Shown in pieces: positions 54,915 to 64,000 of a stretch of DNA of 64,000 nucleotides. Source of the DNA: an uncultured Thiotrichales bacterium (GTDB lineage: Bacteria; Pseudomonadota; Gammaproteobacteria; UWMA-0217). The DNA is taken from NCBI GenBank assembly GCA_964614535.1, contig CAZTOZ010000023.1, forward strand, positions 81,552 to 145,551, in the 5' to 3' direction. Each line of letters opens with the position of its first letter. Positions within the stretch are counted from its first letter, which is position 1. Position numbers and translations under genes: made by a program. The notes beneath the pieces were generated by a model. It was given only the letters and a program-made list of their open reading frames with translations. It searched no databases and was not told the DNA's origin.

Positions 54915-56807
54915 ATGAGCAGCAGCTACAACGCCGCCGACATCGAGGTGCTGAGCGGCCTCGAGCCGGTGCGCAAACGCCCCGGCATGTACACCGACAC
55001 CACCCGTCCCAACCATCTGGCGCAGGAGGTGATCGACAACAGCGTGGACGAGGCCATCGCCGGCCATGCCAGACGCATCGACGTGGTGCTGCACAAGGAT
55101 GGCTCGCTGACGGTGGCCGACGACGGCCGTGGGATGCCGGTGGACATCCATCCGGAGAAGGGCCGTCCGGGGGTCGAGGTGATCCTCTCCACGCTGCATG
55201 CCGGTGGCAAGTTCTCCAACAAGAACTACCAATTCTCGGGTGGTCTGCACGGTGTCGGCGTCTCGGTGGTCAATGCACTGTCGAAACATCTGGAGATCTG
55301 GGTCAAGCGCGATGGCAAGGAGTACAACATCGCATTCGGCGGTGGTGAGCTGGTGTCGCCGCTGGAGGTGGTGGGCAGTGTTGGCAAGCGCAATACCGGC
55401 ACCACCCTGCGCTTCTGGCCCGATCCGCAATATTTCGATTCGGCGAAGTTCTCGGTGCGTCAGCTCAAGCATGTGCTGCGCGCCAAGGCGGTGCTCTGCC
55501 CAGGGCTGCATATCACCTTCGAGGACGAGACCACCGGGGAGAAGCTGGAGTGGCACTACGAGGATGGTCTGGTGGACTATCTGCTCGAAGCCATCGGCGA
55601 TGCGCCACGACTGCCGGAGAGGCCGTTCACCGGCTCGATGGAGGGGGAGAGCGACGCGGTGGCGTGGGCGCTGTCCTGGCTACCCGAAGGGGGGGAGGCG
55701 GTCACCGAGAGCTATGTCAATCTGATCCCCACCCCCCAGGGTGGCACCCATGTGAACGGGCTGCGCACCGGGCTGACCGAGGCGGTGCGGGAATTCTGCG
55801 AGTATCGCAACCTGTTGCCCCGCGGCGTCAAGCTGGCGCCCGACGACGTCTGGGAGCGCTTGAGCTTCATCCTGTCGGTCAAGCTGGCCGATCCGCAGTT
55901 TGCCGGCCAGACCAAGGAACGGCTGTCGTCGCGGGAAGCGGCCGCGTTCGTCTCCGGCGTGATCAAGGACGCCTTCTCGGTCTATCTGAACCAGCATGTG
56001 AGCATAGGCGAGCAGATCGCCCAGCTCGCGATCGACAATGCCCAGCGACGTCAGCGGGCCGGCAAGAAGGTGGTGCGGAAAAAGGTCACCAGCGGCCCGG
56101 CGCTGCCCGGCAAGCTGGCCGACTGCACGCTGCAGGACCTGTCGCGTACCGAGCTGTTTCTGGTGGAAGGGGATTCCGCCGGCGGCTCGGCCAAGCAGGC
56201 GCGGGATCGCGAATTCCAGGCGATCATGCCGCTGCGGGGCAAGATTCTGAACACCTGGGAGGTCGACGCCGACCAGGTGCTCGCATCCCAGGAGATTCAC
56301 GATATCTCGGTCGCCATCGGCGTCGAACCGGGATCGGGTGATCTCAAGGGGCTTCGCTACGGCAAAGTCTGTATTCTGGCCGATGCCGACTCCGACGGCC
56401 TGCACATCGCCACCCTGATCTGCGCGCTCTTCTTTCGTCATTTCCGGCCGCTGGTCGAGGCCGGACACGTCTATGTCGCCATGCCGCCGCTGTATCGCAT
56501 CGACGTCGGCAAGGAGAAGTTCTATGCGCTGGACGATGCCGAGCGCGACGGCATTCTCAACCGCCTGCAGGCAGAGAAGAAGAAAGGCAAGATCACGGTC
56601 ACCCGCTTCAAAGGGCTGGGGGAGATGAATCCGTTGCAGTTGCGGGAAACGACGATGGCGCCGGAGACCCGCCGCCTGATCCGCCTGACGATCGACGAAG
56701 AGCACGAGACCTCGAAGACCATGGACATGCTGCTGGCAAAGAAACGCGCCGCCGACCGCAAACAGTGGCTGGAGGCCAGCGGCGATCTGGCCGAAGTGGT
56801 GCCGTAG
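54915..56807 (+). CDS. parE: DNA topoisomerase IV subunit B
   Basis: GHKL ATPase and TOPRIM domains (LVEGDSAGGSAKQARD). At ~630 aa it lacks the GyrB-specific insert. Confidence 0.9.
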   Translation: MSSSYNAADIEVLSGLEPVRKRPGMYTDTTRPNHLAQEVIDNSVDEAIAGHARRIDVVLHKDGSLTVADDGRGMPVDIHPEKGRPGVEVILSTLHAGGKFSNKNYQFSGGLHGVGVSVVNALSKHLEIWVKRDGKEYNIAFGGGELVSPLEVVGSVGKRNTGTTLRFWPDPQYFDSAKFSVRQLKHVLRAKAVLCPGLHITFEDETTGEKLEWHYEDGLVDYLLEAIGDAPRLPERPFTGSMEGESDAVAWALSWLPEGGEAVTESYVNLIPTPQGGTHVNGLRTGLTEAVREFCEYRNLLPRGVKLAPDDVWERLSFILSVKLADPQFAGQTKERLSSREAAAFVSGVIKDAFSVYLNQHVSIGEQIAQLAIDNAQRRQRAGKKVVRKKVTSGPALPGKLADCTLQDLSRTELFLVEGDSAGGSAKQARDREFQAIMPLRGKILNTWEVDADQVLASQEIHDISVAIGVEPGSGDLKGLRYGKVCILADADSDGLHIATLICALFFRHFRPLVEAGHVYVAMPPLYRIDVGKEKFYALDDAERDGILNRLQAEKKKGKITVTRFKGLGEMNPLQLRETTMAPETRRLIRLTIDEEHETSKTMDMLLAKKRAADRKQWLEASGDLAEVVP

Positions 56808-56815
56808 ACTCCGCG

Positions 56816-58033
56816 CTACGGGCCGTTGCCGTAGCGGCGCTCGACGTAGCGTTCGACGATCGCCTGAAACTCGACGGCGATGTTGTCGCCCTTGAGCGTG
56901 ACATCCTTTTGTCCGTCGATGTAGACCGGCGCCACCGGCCGCTCTCCGGTACCGGGCAGGCTGATGCCAATGTCGGCCTGCTTGCTCTCGCCGGGACCGT
57001 TGACCACGCAACCCATGACCGCCACGCTCATGTTCTCGACACCGGGATAACGGCTGCGCCAGTCCGGCATCTTCTCCCGCAGGTAGTGCTGGATGTCGGC
57101 CGCGAGCCGCTGGAAATAGTCACTGGTGGTGCGGCCGCAACCGGGGCAGGAGACCACGGCCGGGGTGAAGGCCCGTAGCTCCAGCGCCTGCAGAATCTGC
57201 TGTGCGACCACCACCTCCTCGGTACGCGAGCCACCCGGCTCGGGCGTCAGCGAGATGCGGATGGTGTCGCCGATACCCTCTTGCAGCAGAATCGAGAGCG
57301 CCGCCGTGGAGGCGACGATCCCCTTGCTGCCCATGCCCGCCTCGGTCAGGCCGAGATGGAGCGCATAGTCACACTGGCTGGCCAGCGCCCGATAGACGGT
57401 GATCAGATCCTGCACTCCGCTCATCTTGCAGGAGAGGACGATATGGTCGCCGGGCAGCCCCAGTTCCTCCGCCTTGCGCGCGCTGGAGAGCGCCGATTCG
57501 ATCAGTGCCTCGTGCGTGACTTCGTCGAGCGCCTTCGGCTGGGCTCGGGCGGCGTTCTCATCGAGCTTCTCCGCCAGGATCTGTTGGTCCAACGATCCCC
57601 AGTTGACGCCGATGCGCACCGGCTTGTCGTATCGGCAGGCAAACTCGATCATCTGGGCGAACTGTTCGTCGCGTTTCTTGCCACGGCCCACATTGCCCGG
57701 ATTGATCCGGTACTTGGCCAACGCCTCGGCACAGGCGGGATATTTCGCCAGCAGTTTGTGGCCGTTGAAGTGAAAGTCGCCGACCAGCGGCGTGTAGCAC
57801 CCCATCTTCGCCATCCGCTCGCGGATCTGGGGTACCGCGGCCGCCGATGCCTCGTTGTTGACGGTGATACGCACCAGCTCCGAACCGGCGTTGGCCAGTT
57901 CCGCCACCTGTGCGGCGGTACGAATGGGGTCGGCGGTATCGGTGCTGGTCATCGACTGCACCACGATCGGCGCATCACCGCCAATGGTGACCCCGCCGAC
58001 ATCGACGGGACGGGTTTTGTGTCTGTTGTGCAT
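56816..58033 (-). CDS. ispG: 4-hydroxy-3-methylbut-2-enyl diphosphate synthase (flavodoxin)
   Basis: Full-length GcpE. The C-terminal Fe-S Cys motif is CPGCGRT...[10 protein letters not shown]. Confidence 0.95.
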   Translation of the reverse strand: MHNRHKTRPVDVGGVTIGGDAPIVVQSMTSTDTADPIRTAAQVAELANAGSELVRITVNNEASAAAVPQIRERMAKMGCYTPLVGDFHFNGHKLLAKYPACAEALAKYRINPGNVGRGKKRDEQFAQMIEFACRYDKPVRIGVNWGSLDQQILAEKLDENAARAQPKALDEVTHEALIESALSSARKAEELGLPGDHIVLSCKMSGVQDLITVYRALASQCDYALHLGLTEAGMGSKGIVASTAALSILLQEGIGDTIRISLTPEPGGSRTEEVVVAQQILQALELRAFTPAVVSCPGCGRTTSDYFQRLAADIQHYLREKMPDWRSRYPGVENMSVAVMGCVVNGPGESKQADIGISLPGTGERPVAPVYIDGQKDVTLKGDNIAVEFQAIVERYVERRYGNGP

Positions 58034-58123
58034 GATGGATTGGCAGTCGCTGGCGACTGATCGACGGGAAAGCGCGGATTATAGCGAAGTGATGCCAGCG
58101 GGGCAGTGGTGATTCCCGAACGA

Positions 58124-58159
58124 CACCAAAAAGAAAAGGCCCGCGAATGCGGGCCTTTT
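58124..58159 (-). terminator. rho-independent terminator for the Gly/Tyr-rich gene (GGCCCGCattcGCGGGCC + TTTTCTTTTT on minus strand)
   Basis: Stem-loop and T-tract, read directly from sequence. Confidence 0.6.
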
Positions 58160-58188
58160 CCACGTGCCTTGCGGCGAGTAAGCGATGC

Positions 58189-59022
58189 TTACTTGCCTTC
58201 GGCCTTTGCAGCCGGCTTCGGCGCTTCGGCAGCCGCTTTCTTGGACTGGGCTTCGAACGCCTGGCGCTGGGCCTGCATCTGCTTCTGGAACTCGGCGAAG
58301 GCCTTCTGCTGGGCTTCCATGGCAGCCTTACGCTGGGCCTGCATCTGCTGCATCATCGCGCTGTTGTCGGGACGCGCGGGACGCTGAGGCATCTGCATGG
58401 CAGGACGCTGGGGCGGTGCCATCATCGGCGCGGGGGCGGCAGCCTGCCCCGCTGCGGCAGGTGCGGCTGCGGGCGCAGCAGCAGGTGCGACCGGAGCCGG
58501 TGCCCAGCCGTAGCCACGGCCGTAGTACGGACGACCGTAGTAGTTGTCGCCGGACCAGTTCTGGTAGCCGTCACCATAACCGTAGCCGCTGCCATAACCG
58601 TCGCCATAACCGCTGCCATAGCCGTCACCGTAACCGTAGCCGCTGCCATAGCCGTCGCCATAACCGCTGCCATAACCGTCACCGTAACCGCTGCCATAGC
58701 CATGACCACGACCCTTGCCACGGCCACGAGCCTTGCCGGAGATGCTCAGGTTGAAGGAACCATCGACATCACCATCGACATCGCCGTCGGTGTAACCGGA
58801 ACCATAGCCGCTGCCGCGGGAAGTGCCGTAACCGGAACCGTAGCCGCGGGTGTCGCCATAGCCGTAACCACGGGTATCGCCATAGCCATAGCCACGGGTA
58901 TCGCCGTAGCCGTAGCCGCGACCATCGCCCCAGCCGGAGCCATCATCGAACCAGTCGCCAGCGACGGCGGCGGAAGTGGAAACTGCGATTGCAGCTGCAA
59001 GTGCAAGCTTGGTGTATTTCAT
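58189..59022 (-). CDS. secreted Gly/Tyr-repeat low-complexity protein, sulfur-globule-protein-like (Sgp-like)
   Basis: Signal peptide MKYTKLALAAAIAVSTSAAVA. Tandem GYGDTR and GYGSGYGDGY repeats, then an Ala/Pro/Gln/Met-rich tail. GAGGA ribosome-binding site. A dedicated terminator follows. The ORF-finder TTG extension was not used. Confidence 0.7.
   Translation of the reverse strand: MKYTKLALAAAIAVSTSAAVAGDWFDDGSGWGDGRGYGYGDTRGYGYGDTRGYGYGDTRGYGSGYGTSRGSGYGSGYTDGDVDGDVDGSFNLSISGKARGRGKGRGHGYGSGYGDGYGSGYGDGYGSGYGYGDGYGSGYGDGYGSGYGYGDGYQNWSGDNYYGRPYYGRGYGWAPAPVAPAAAPAAAPAAAGQAAAPAPMMAPPQRPAMQMPQRPARPDNSAMMQQMQAQRKAAMEAQQKAFAEFQKQMQAQRQAFEAQSKKAAAEAPKPAAKAEGK
58556..58930. repeat. in-frame tandem nucleotide repeats (18-24-nt units) encoding the GYG repeats
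   Basis: Visible periodicity (ccgtagccgctgccataaccgtcgccataaccgctgccatagcc...). This is a coding repeat, not a CRISPR array. Confidence 0.6.
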
Positions 59023-59926
59023 TACGATGTCCTCGTATTTTTGAACAAAAGAAGGTTGTTGTTGGTAACTCAAGAGTCGCGGCGGGGATTCCTCTCCGTC
59101 AGTCCGTTGACAACCCGGTTGCCGTTCCTCGAGCGTTGCATAAGTATATTCTAATATATCGAATTTAGTAAACCCGATACCGGCTCCCGCTTGATGTATC
59201 TCAAGCTTTTTAAGTCACTGGTTATCAAGGAGATTTCCTCTAAAACCACGACAGCCGACGGCTGCTTTAGGGTAACCCCTAGTGAAATACAAATTCACTT
59301 TTCGCCGCGGCCAAACCGTGGCCCTCGTGACCCACGTGCCACGGTTCGGGAGGGAACCAAAAGCATTGCCGGGAATCAGTATCCTGAGCGGACGTCATCG
59401 TCCTGCCGTTGGATAAAACGTTGGCGGGGAGGCGTCGGCAACAGCCGTGTCGCCCACATGGCCTCCCTGCCGGGTGTCGATTCCTGAAGGGTGGATACCC
59501 CATCGCTCGGTCGCGGATAGTAGGGGCGACGGGCATGGCCGGCAACGACAAGACGACGTATCCGTCATCTGAGCAAGATGAACGGTACCCTGGTACTGCC
59601 ACCAGTGACCGTGGTTCAAAGCCCGGGCGTCGGAGACAGGAGACACGAGGATGTGCAACCGTTCCAGGCGCCAAGAAGGGATTAGTGGTATGATTCGCAC
59701 GACAAGATGTCATTTTCCCATCCGAATGGAAACAACTGTTTACGATGCAATACAGTAGTACGCAGTAAAATACGCCGCGAATCCAGGCCGGGTCGCTTCC
59801 CGGTTTGTGAAAACATCTGTAATTTCAACATCATGGAACGGAGCCGGAGGGAGCCGGCGGTGTATTTGACAATATAATGAACGGGCACAAAGCCCCAATT
59901 CCCGTCGCAGGGGGAGACTGAGAGCC

Positions 59927-60679
59927 TTGAGAATAGCCTACCTAGAAGACGACCCGGACCAGGCGCGCCTGAGCCGCCTCTGGCTCGAAGACGCCGGTCA
60001 CCAGGTAACTTGTTTCGAGACGGGGCGCGAGCTGGTGCGAGTGCTGCGTTCCGAGAGCTTCGACCTGTTGGTGCTGGACTGGATGGTGCCCGATATGTCC
60101 GGCATCGAGGTACTCGACTGGACACGCAGCCATTACGACTGGAACGTGCCGGTACTGTTCTGCTCCCAGCGGGGCAGTGAGGAGGACATCGTCCGCGCGC
60201 TCGAAGCCGGTGCCGACGACTACATGGAAAAGCCGCTCAGCCAGCGGGAACTGATCGCACGCGTCGGCGCGTTACAACGCCGCATGCTGTTGGGCAGAAG
60301 CAACTCGCAATCGCTGGAGTTCACGCCATACACCATCGACCTCGCCAACCGTACCATCGCATTGGACGGCATACCGATCGAACTCACCCAGAAGGAGTAC
60401 GATCTGGCGGTCTTCCTGTTCAAGAACCTTGGGCGAGCGATCTCTCGCGGTCATATCCTCGACACGGTCTGGGGCATGTCCCCCGATCTCAACACCCGAA
60501 CCGTCGATACGCACATCAGCCGACTGCGCAAGAAACTCCGGCTGGGGCCGGAAACCGGGTGGGTACTCACCTCCATCTATCAGCACGGCTACCGTCTCGA
60601 CCAGATCGACAAGCAGGTCTCCTCCGGTGGTGGCATGAGCAGTGCAGCGGAAATGCAGGACGCTGGCAACGCCGGCTGA
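59927..60679 (+). CDS. OmpR-family response regulator
   Basis: Receiver domain (DLLVLDWMVPDMSG) and a winged-helix output domain (ELTQKEYDLAVFLFKNLGRAISR...YRL). TTG start with a GGGGAG ribosome-binding site 10 nt upstream. Confidence 0.85.
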   Translation: MRIAYLEDDPDQARLSRLWLEDAGHQVTCFETGRELVRVLRSESFDLLVLDWMVPDMSGIEVLDWTRSHYDWNVPVLFCSQRGSEEDIVRALEAGADDYMEKPLSQRELIARVGALQRRMLLGRSNSQSLEFTPYTIDLANRTIALDGIPIELTQKEYDLAVFLFKNLGRAISRGHILDTVWGMSPDLNTRTVDTHISRLRKKLRLGPETGWVLTSIYQHGYRLDQIDKQVSSGGGMSSAAEMQDAGNAG

Positions 60680-60830
60680 TCGGACCCGTCTCTCGGGCGA
60701 ACCCTGATATCACGGCCATACTCTTTGCGTCGCATGGTGCTGGCAGGTGCCAACGCCATGTGACGGGCACGGCGAGTCGCCGGTCCTGACGTAGTAGAAT
60801 AGGGGGCCTACAGCTTCTGACGGTGATCCC

Positions 60831-61346
60831 ATGACATCCGAATCCGACCTGCGTGACCTGGCACCGACGACGCCCTCCCGAGACCCTGCGGGCGGTGTCC
60901 CATCCCCCACCGCCGACGACCAGATTCTGGCCGAAGTGCGTGAAATTCTCATCGGCCCGCAACTGCGCGCGCTCGACGAGCGCTTTGGGCGTGTCGAAAA
61001 GATGGTGCTGACGCACAACAGCCGGCTGCTCAAGTTACTCGACCGCCGGATCACCGTCGTCGAGGAGCTGGTGAAGAGCCGGATCAGCAGATTGCAGGAG
61101 AAGCTCGATGCCCAGGATCACGCCATCGACGATCTCGACACCCGGCTGCTCGATCAGAGCCGGGCTCTGCGCGCCGAGTTCGATGCCCTGGACGCCTCGC
61201 TGAAGCAACAACTGTCGGCACTGCAAGCCACTCTCGATGCCGAGACCGCGGCGCTGCGCGAAGGTGCCCGCAGTCACGACAGGGATCTGGCGAAGCTGTT
61301 CCAGGAAATGGCCGCCCGGCTGCTCGATGGCAACCCCGACCGATGA
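60831..61346 (+). CDS. coiled-coil hypothetical protein (171 aa)
   Basis: Heptad-rich sequence (EELVKSRISRLQEKLDAQDHAIDDLDTRLLDQSRALRAEFDALDASLKQQLSALQATLD). Confidence 0.6.
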   Translation: MTSESDLRDLAPTTPSRDPAGGVPSPTADDQILAEVREILIGPQLRALDERFGRVEKMVLTHNSRLLKLLDRRITVVEELVKSRISRLQEKLDAQDHAIDDLDTRLLDQSRALRAEFDALDASLKQQLSALQATLDAETAALREGARSHDRDLAKLFQEMAARLLDGNPDR

Positions 61347-62857
61347 CCACCTCGTCCGACCTGAAAAAGCTGCAGTCACTGCTGTTCGGGCCACAGCAGG
61401 AGAGGCTCGACACGCTGGCCGCGCGGCTGAATGATCCGGAACAGCGCGCCGACGACGTCGCCGACGTCATCGTCGACGCGTTGCAGCGCACGCCCAACAA
61501 GGAAAACCTCTCCCGCGTCATATCGGAACCCACGACCGAAGCGATCCGTCTCTCCATCCAACGCGACAGTAAGCACGTAGCCGGCATCCTCTATCCGGCG
61601 GTACTGCCGGCCATCCGCAAATCCATCGAGCAGACGATGCAGAACTTCATGGAGGGCATCGATCTGCTGGTGAAACAGCAGTTCTCGATCGACTCGCTGA
61701 AATGGCGGTTCGAGTCCCTGCGGACCGGCGTGCCTTTTCACGAGATCATGCTACGCAACCTGCTGCGTTACCAGGTCGAGCAGCTCTTTCTGATCCATCG
61801 TGAAAGTGGGCTGTTGATCGAGCATGTCTCTTGCTCGGAGGAGATTGGCAGGGACCAGGATGCCGTCTCCGCGATGCTGACGGCGATCGAATCGTTCGTT
61901 CGGGAATCGTTCGCCGACGAGAACGACGCCGACGACCGGCTCGACCGCGTCACCGTGGGTGACCGCATCGTCTATCTGGAGCACGGCCCCCATGCCATCG
62001 TCGCCAGCGTGGTTCGGGGCGTGGCGACACCGGCCTATCGGGAAAAGCTGAAACAGATCAACGAGGAGGTGCATGCCGCCTACAGCCGGCAGCTGCGTTA
62101 TTTTTCCGGCAGGGAAGGGGACATCGATGGTCTGAAAAACCTGCTGTCGCAAGGGCTGGCCCGTGAATTCCAGGTCCAGGAGAAGCGCAGCGAAGAACAA
62201 AAGGCAAGACGGCTCAAAATGCTCGGCGGATCAATGGCCGCGGCTCTGCTGCTGGTGGCCGGCTACCTCGCTTGGGGGGCCTGGGAAAAATCCCGCGTCA
62301 ACCGGCTGATGGACCAGCTCACCCAGCGGGACGGCATCGTCACCACGCGCCTCGACAAGCACAATGGCCGGTGGCGAATCAGCGGCCTCAGGGATCCGGC
62401 GGCCATTCCGCCCGACGACATCGTTACGCGACTCGGCCTCGACGACGACGTCCAACTGCAATTCGAGCCCTACCTCTCCCTCTCCCCGGCGGTGGTGATC
62501 GAACGCGCCCGAAAAAAATTGAACATTCCGGCCACGGTGACGTCTGAACTGGAAGGGGAGACGCTGCGGCTGTCGGGGCCCGCCCCGCTGGACTGGTATC
62601 TGTCGCTGCCACGGACCGGCGGGTTACCGCCAGGCAGCGCCCGCCTCGCCCCCTCCGGCCTAGAACTCGATCCCGATGAAGTCAGGGCACTGCTGGCGGC
62701 GCGTCTGCCCGGGATCGAACCGGTTGAGATTCACCGCAACACACAAGGCATACTGGAAATCAGGATCGGTAGCGACGTCGCGGCGGAGAAGGCCGCCGCC
62801 ATCGAACGGCTCGCAACCATGCTGGCGCCGCGGGCAAAAATCATCATCTCGGGCTGA
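61343..62857 (+). CDS. membrane protein with cytoplasmic roadblock/LC7 (MglB-like) domain and C-terminal periplasmic BON-like repeats
   Basis: ATGA overlap with the upstream gene. Residues ~150-230 fit the roadblock pattern (ESGLLIEHVS...DAVSAMLTAIESF...RVTVGDRIVYLEHGPHAIVASVVRG). A single TM (MAAALLLVAGYLAWGAW) is present. Confidence 0.55.
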   Translation: MTTSSDLKKLQSLLFGPQQERLDTLAARLNDPEQRADDVADVIVDALQRTPNKENLSRVISEPTTEAIRLSIQRDSKHVAGILYPAVLPAIRKSIEQTMQNFMEGIDLLVKQQFSIDSLKWRFESLRTGVPFHEIMLRNLLRYQVEQLFLIHRESGLLIEHVSCSEEIGRDQDAVSAMLTAIESFVRESFADENDADDRLDRVTVGDRIVYLEHGPHAIVASVVRGVATPAYREKLKQINEEVHAAYSRQLRYFSGREGDIDGLKNLLSQGLAREFQVQEKRSEEQKARRLKMLGGSMAAALLLVAGYLAWGAWEKSRVNRLMDQLTQRDGIVTTRLDKHNGRWRISGLRDPAAIPPDDIVTRLGLDDDVQLQFEPYLSLSPAVVIERARKKLNIPATVTSELEGETLRLSGPAPLDWYLSLPRTGGLPPGSARLAPSGLELDPDEVRALLAARLPGIEPVEIHRNTQGILEIRIGSDVAAEKAAAIERLATMLAPRAKIIISG

Positions 62858-62860
62858 ACC

Positions 62861-63355
62861 ATGATCTCTTACCGCAAGAAAATCTGTCTGATCGGCGATT
62901 TTGCCGTCGGCAAGACGAGCCTGGTCCGGCGATACGTCGATCATGTCTTTTCCGAAGACTACATGACCACCGTCGGCGTCAGCATCGTCACCCGTGAGGT
63001 ACAACTGGATCGCAATGCCCGGGTCAAACTGGTCATCTGGGACATCGCCGGCGCCGACAAACTGACGACCGTCTCCCGCGCCTATCTGGCGGGCGCCAAC
63101 GGCTATATCCTGGTGGCCGACGGCACGCGCCGGCAGACGCTGGAAACCGCGATGGAACTGGAAAAGGCGGCCAATGCCGCGCTGAACCATCCCCGTAGCA
63201 TCAAGCTGATCAACAAGCACGATCTGGCCGATGCCTGGGAGGCCGACGACCAGGATGGCTTGGCCGACTGGCAAATAACCAGCGCCAAATCGGGAGAAGG
63301 GGTGGAGCAGGCATTTCTCACGTTGGCCCGTCGCTTTCTGGACGATGCTCGATAA
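62861..63355 (+). CDS. Ras-like small GTPase (MglA/Rup-type)
   Basis: G1 GDFAVGKTS, G2 Thr in YMTTVG, G3 WDIAGAD (no Gln after DxxG), G4 NKHD, G5 SAK. Confidence 0.8.
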   Translation: MISYRKKICLIGDFAVGKTSLVRRYVDHVFSEDYMTTVGVSIVTREVQLDRNARVKLVIWDIAGADKLTTVSRAYLAGANGYILVADGTRRQTLETAMELEKAANAALNHPRSIKLINKHDLADAWEADDQDGLADWQITSAKSGEGVEQAFLTLARRFLDDAR

Positions 63356-64000
63356 CTGCTTTCATCCATTGCTGGCGGCCCGGTACCATCCCGCCATGCT
63401 CGAAGTGGACCGCAACGGCAGCCTGCGGCGCTGGAGCGGCGATCTCGGCTGGTACGGCCTGGCACCCCGCACCGAAATGATCGGCACACCGGCGGAAGAT
63501 CTCCTGCCGGTCATTATCGGACTGGATCTCGATACCGCGCAGACGCTGCCGCTCGTCCAGCTTCCCGGCGGGCAGCCGGCGGATATCGTCATCGAGCCCG
63601 ATGCCAACGGCGACGGCAGCCGTATCTTTCTGCTGGCGGCACAGGAAACCCACGACACGATTCAGCCGGTCCAACAGCACAGCCACGAAATCACGCTGCT
63701 CTATCAGAAACTGCAGTCGCTGTCCGAACAACTGCAACAAAAAAATATCGAGCTGGAGCACGCCATCGATGCGCGCAACCAGTTCATCTCCGGCGTATCG
63801 CACGAATTCCGCACACCGATCACCACGATCCTTGGCCATTGCGACCTGCTCGCCTCCTACTGCACGAAGGGGGACGACGACATTCAAAACAGCTTTCAGG
63901 CCATCGACAAAAACGCAAAATACCTGCTGGCCCTCATCGACAACCTGTTGGAGCAGGGCGAGATCAGCGCCAAACGGCTGGTCATCACACCGGCCCCCCT
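63345..64000 (+). CDS. cytoplasmic sensor histidine kinase (3' end outside window)
   Basis: HisKA H-box (ISGVSHEFRTPITTILG) after a ~150-aa N-terminal domain with no TM. The start overlaps the GTPase gene end by 11 nt, and the frame stays open to nt 64000. Confidence 0.8.
   Translation, partial: MLDNCFHPLLAARYHPAMLEVDRNGSLRRWSGDLGWYGLAPRTEMIGTPAEDLLPVIIGLDLDTAQTLPLVQLPGGQPADIVIEPDANGDGSRIFLLAAQETHDTIQPVQQHSHEITLLYQKLQSLSEQLQQKNIELEHAIDARNQFISGVSHEFRTPITTILGHCDLLASYCTKGDDDIQNSFQAIDKNAKYLLALIDNLLEQGEISAKRLVITPAP

Noticed and set aside
58556-58930. Regularly spaced short repeats that could suggest a CRISPR array
   Set aside because: The repeats are in-frame codon repeats (GYGSGYGD / GYGDTR) inside a signal-peptide-bearing ORF. 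There are no spacers of unique sequence and no cas genes.
59560-59640. GTGGTTCAAAGCCCGGG resembling a tRNA/tmRNA T-arm
   Set aside because: The putative T-stem arms are not complementary. No acceptor stem or CCA context is present. No tRNA-like structure could be built by eye.

Overview
This is a 64 kb, high-GC (~65%) chromosomal window from what looks like a gammaproteobacterium. The evidence is a gamma/beta-type LexA, the synteny iscRSUA-hscBA-fdx-iscX-ndk-rlmN-pilW-rodZ-hisS-yfgM-bamB-der, and a DsrE-like/TusA sulfur-trafficking pair. Protein-coding genes are dense and mostly housekeeping. Recognised genes include glnK-amtB, gpmI, thrC, the complete isc Fe-S operon, glnS, hisS, der, dusB, fadD, parE, ispG, pgm, pdxH, lexA and a polysaccharide-synthesis fragment. 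No rRNA, tRNA, CRISPR array or transposase was found. The best candidate for an undescribed system is a five-gene signalling cluster at the 3' end (59.9-64.0 kb). It contains an OmpR-type response regulator, a coiled-coil protein, a membrane protein with a cytoplasmic roadblock/LC7 (MglB-like) domain, a Ras-like small GTPase whose switch-II lacks the catalytic Gln (DIAGAD), and a cytoplasmic histidine kinase. This is a eukaryote-like GTPase/GAP-type module fused to a two-component system. Other points worth follow-up are listed below.
- A ~90-nt non-coding element is present in two diverged copies, in the same orientation relative to the downstream gene.
- A secreted Gly/Tyr-repeat protein resembles a sulfur-globule structural protein.
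- A catalytically dead GluRS-like paralog is coupled to glnS.
- A conserved but uncharacterised triad pairs an N-formylglutamate-amidohydrolase-like protein, a QEGLA/DUF1704 protein and a GshB-like ATP-grasp ligase.
- A CRP-box, small-peptide and terminator island lies upstream of the GluRS-like gene.
- lexA-imuA is present without imuB/dnaE2 and without a canonical SOS box.
Coordinates of non-coding features are approximate (+/-2 nt).
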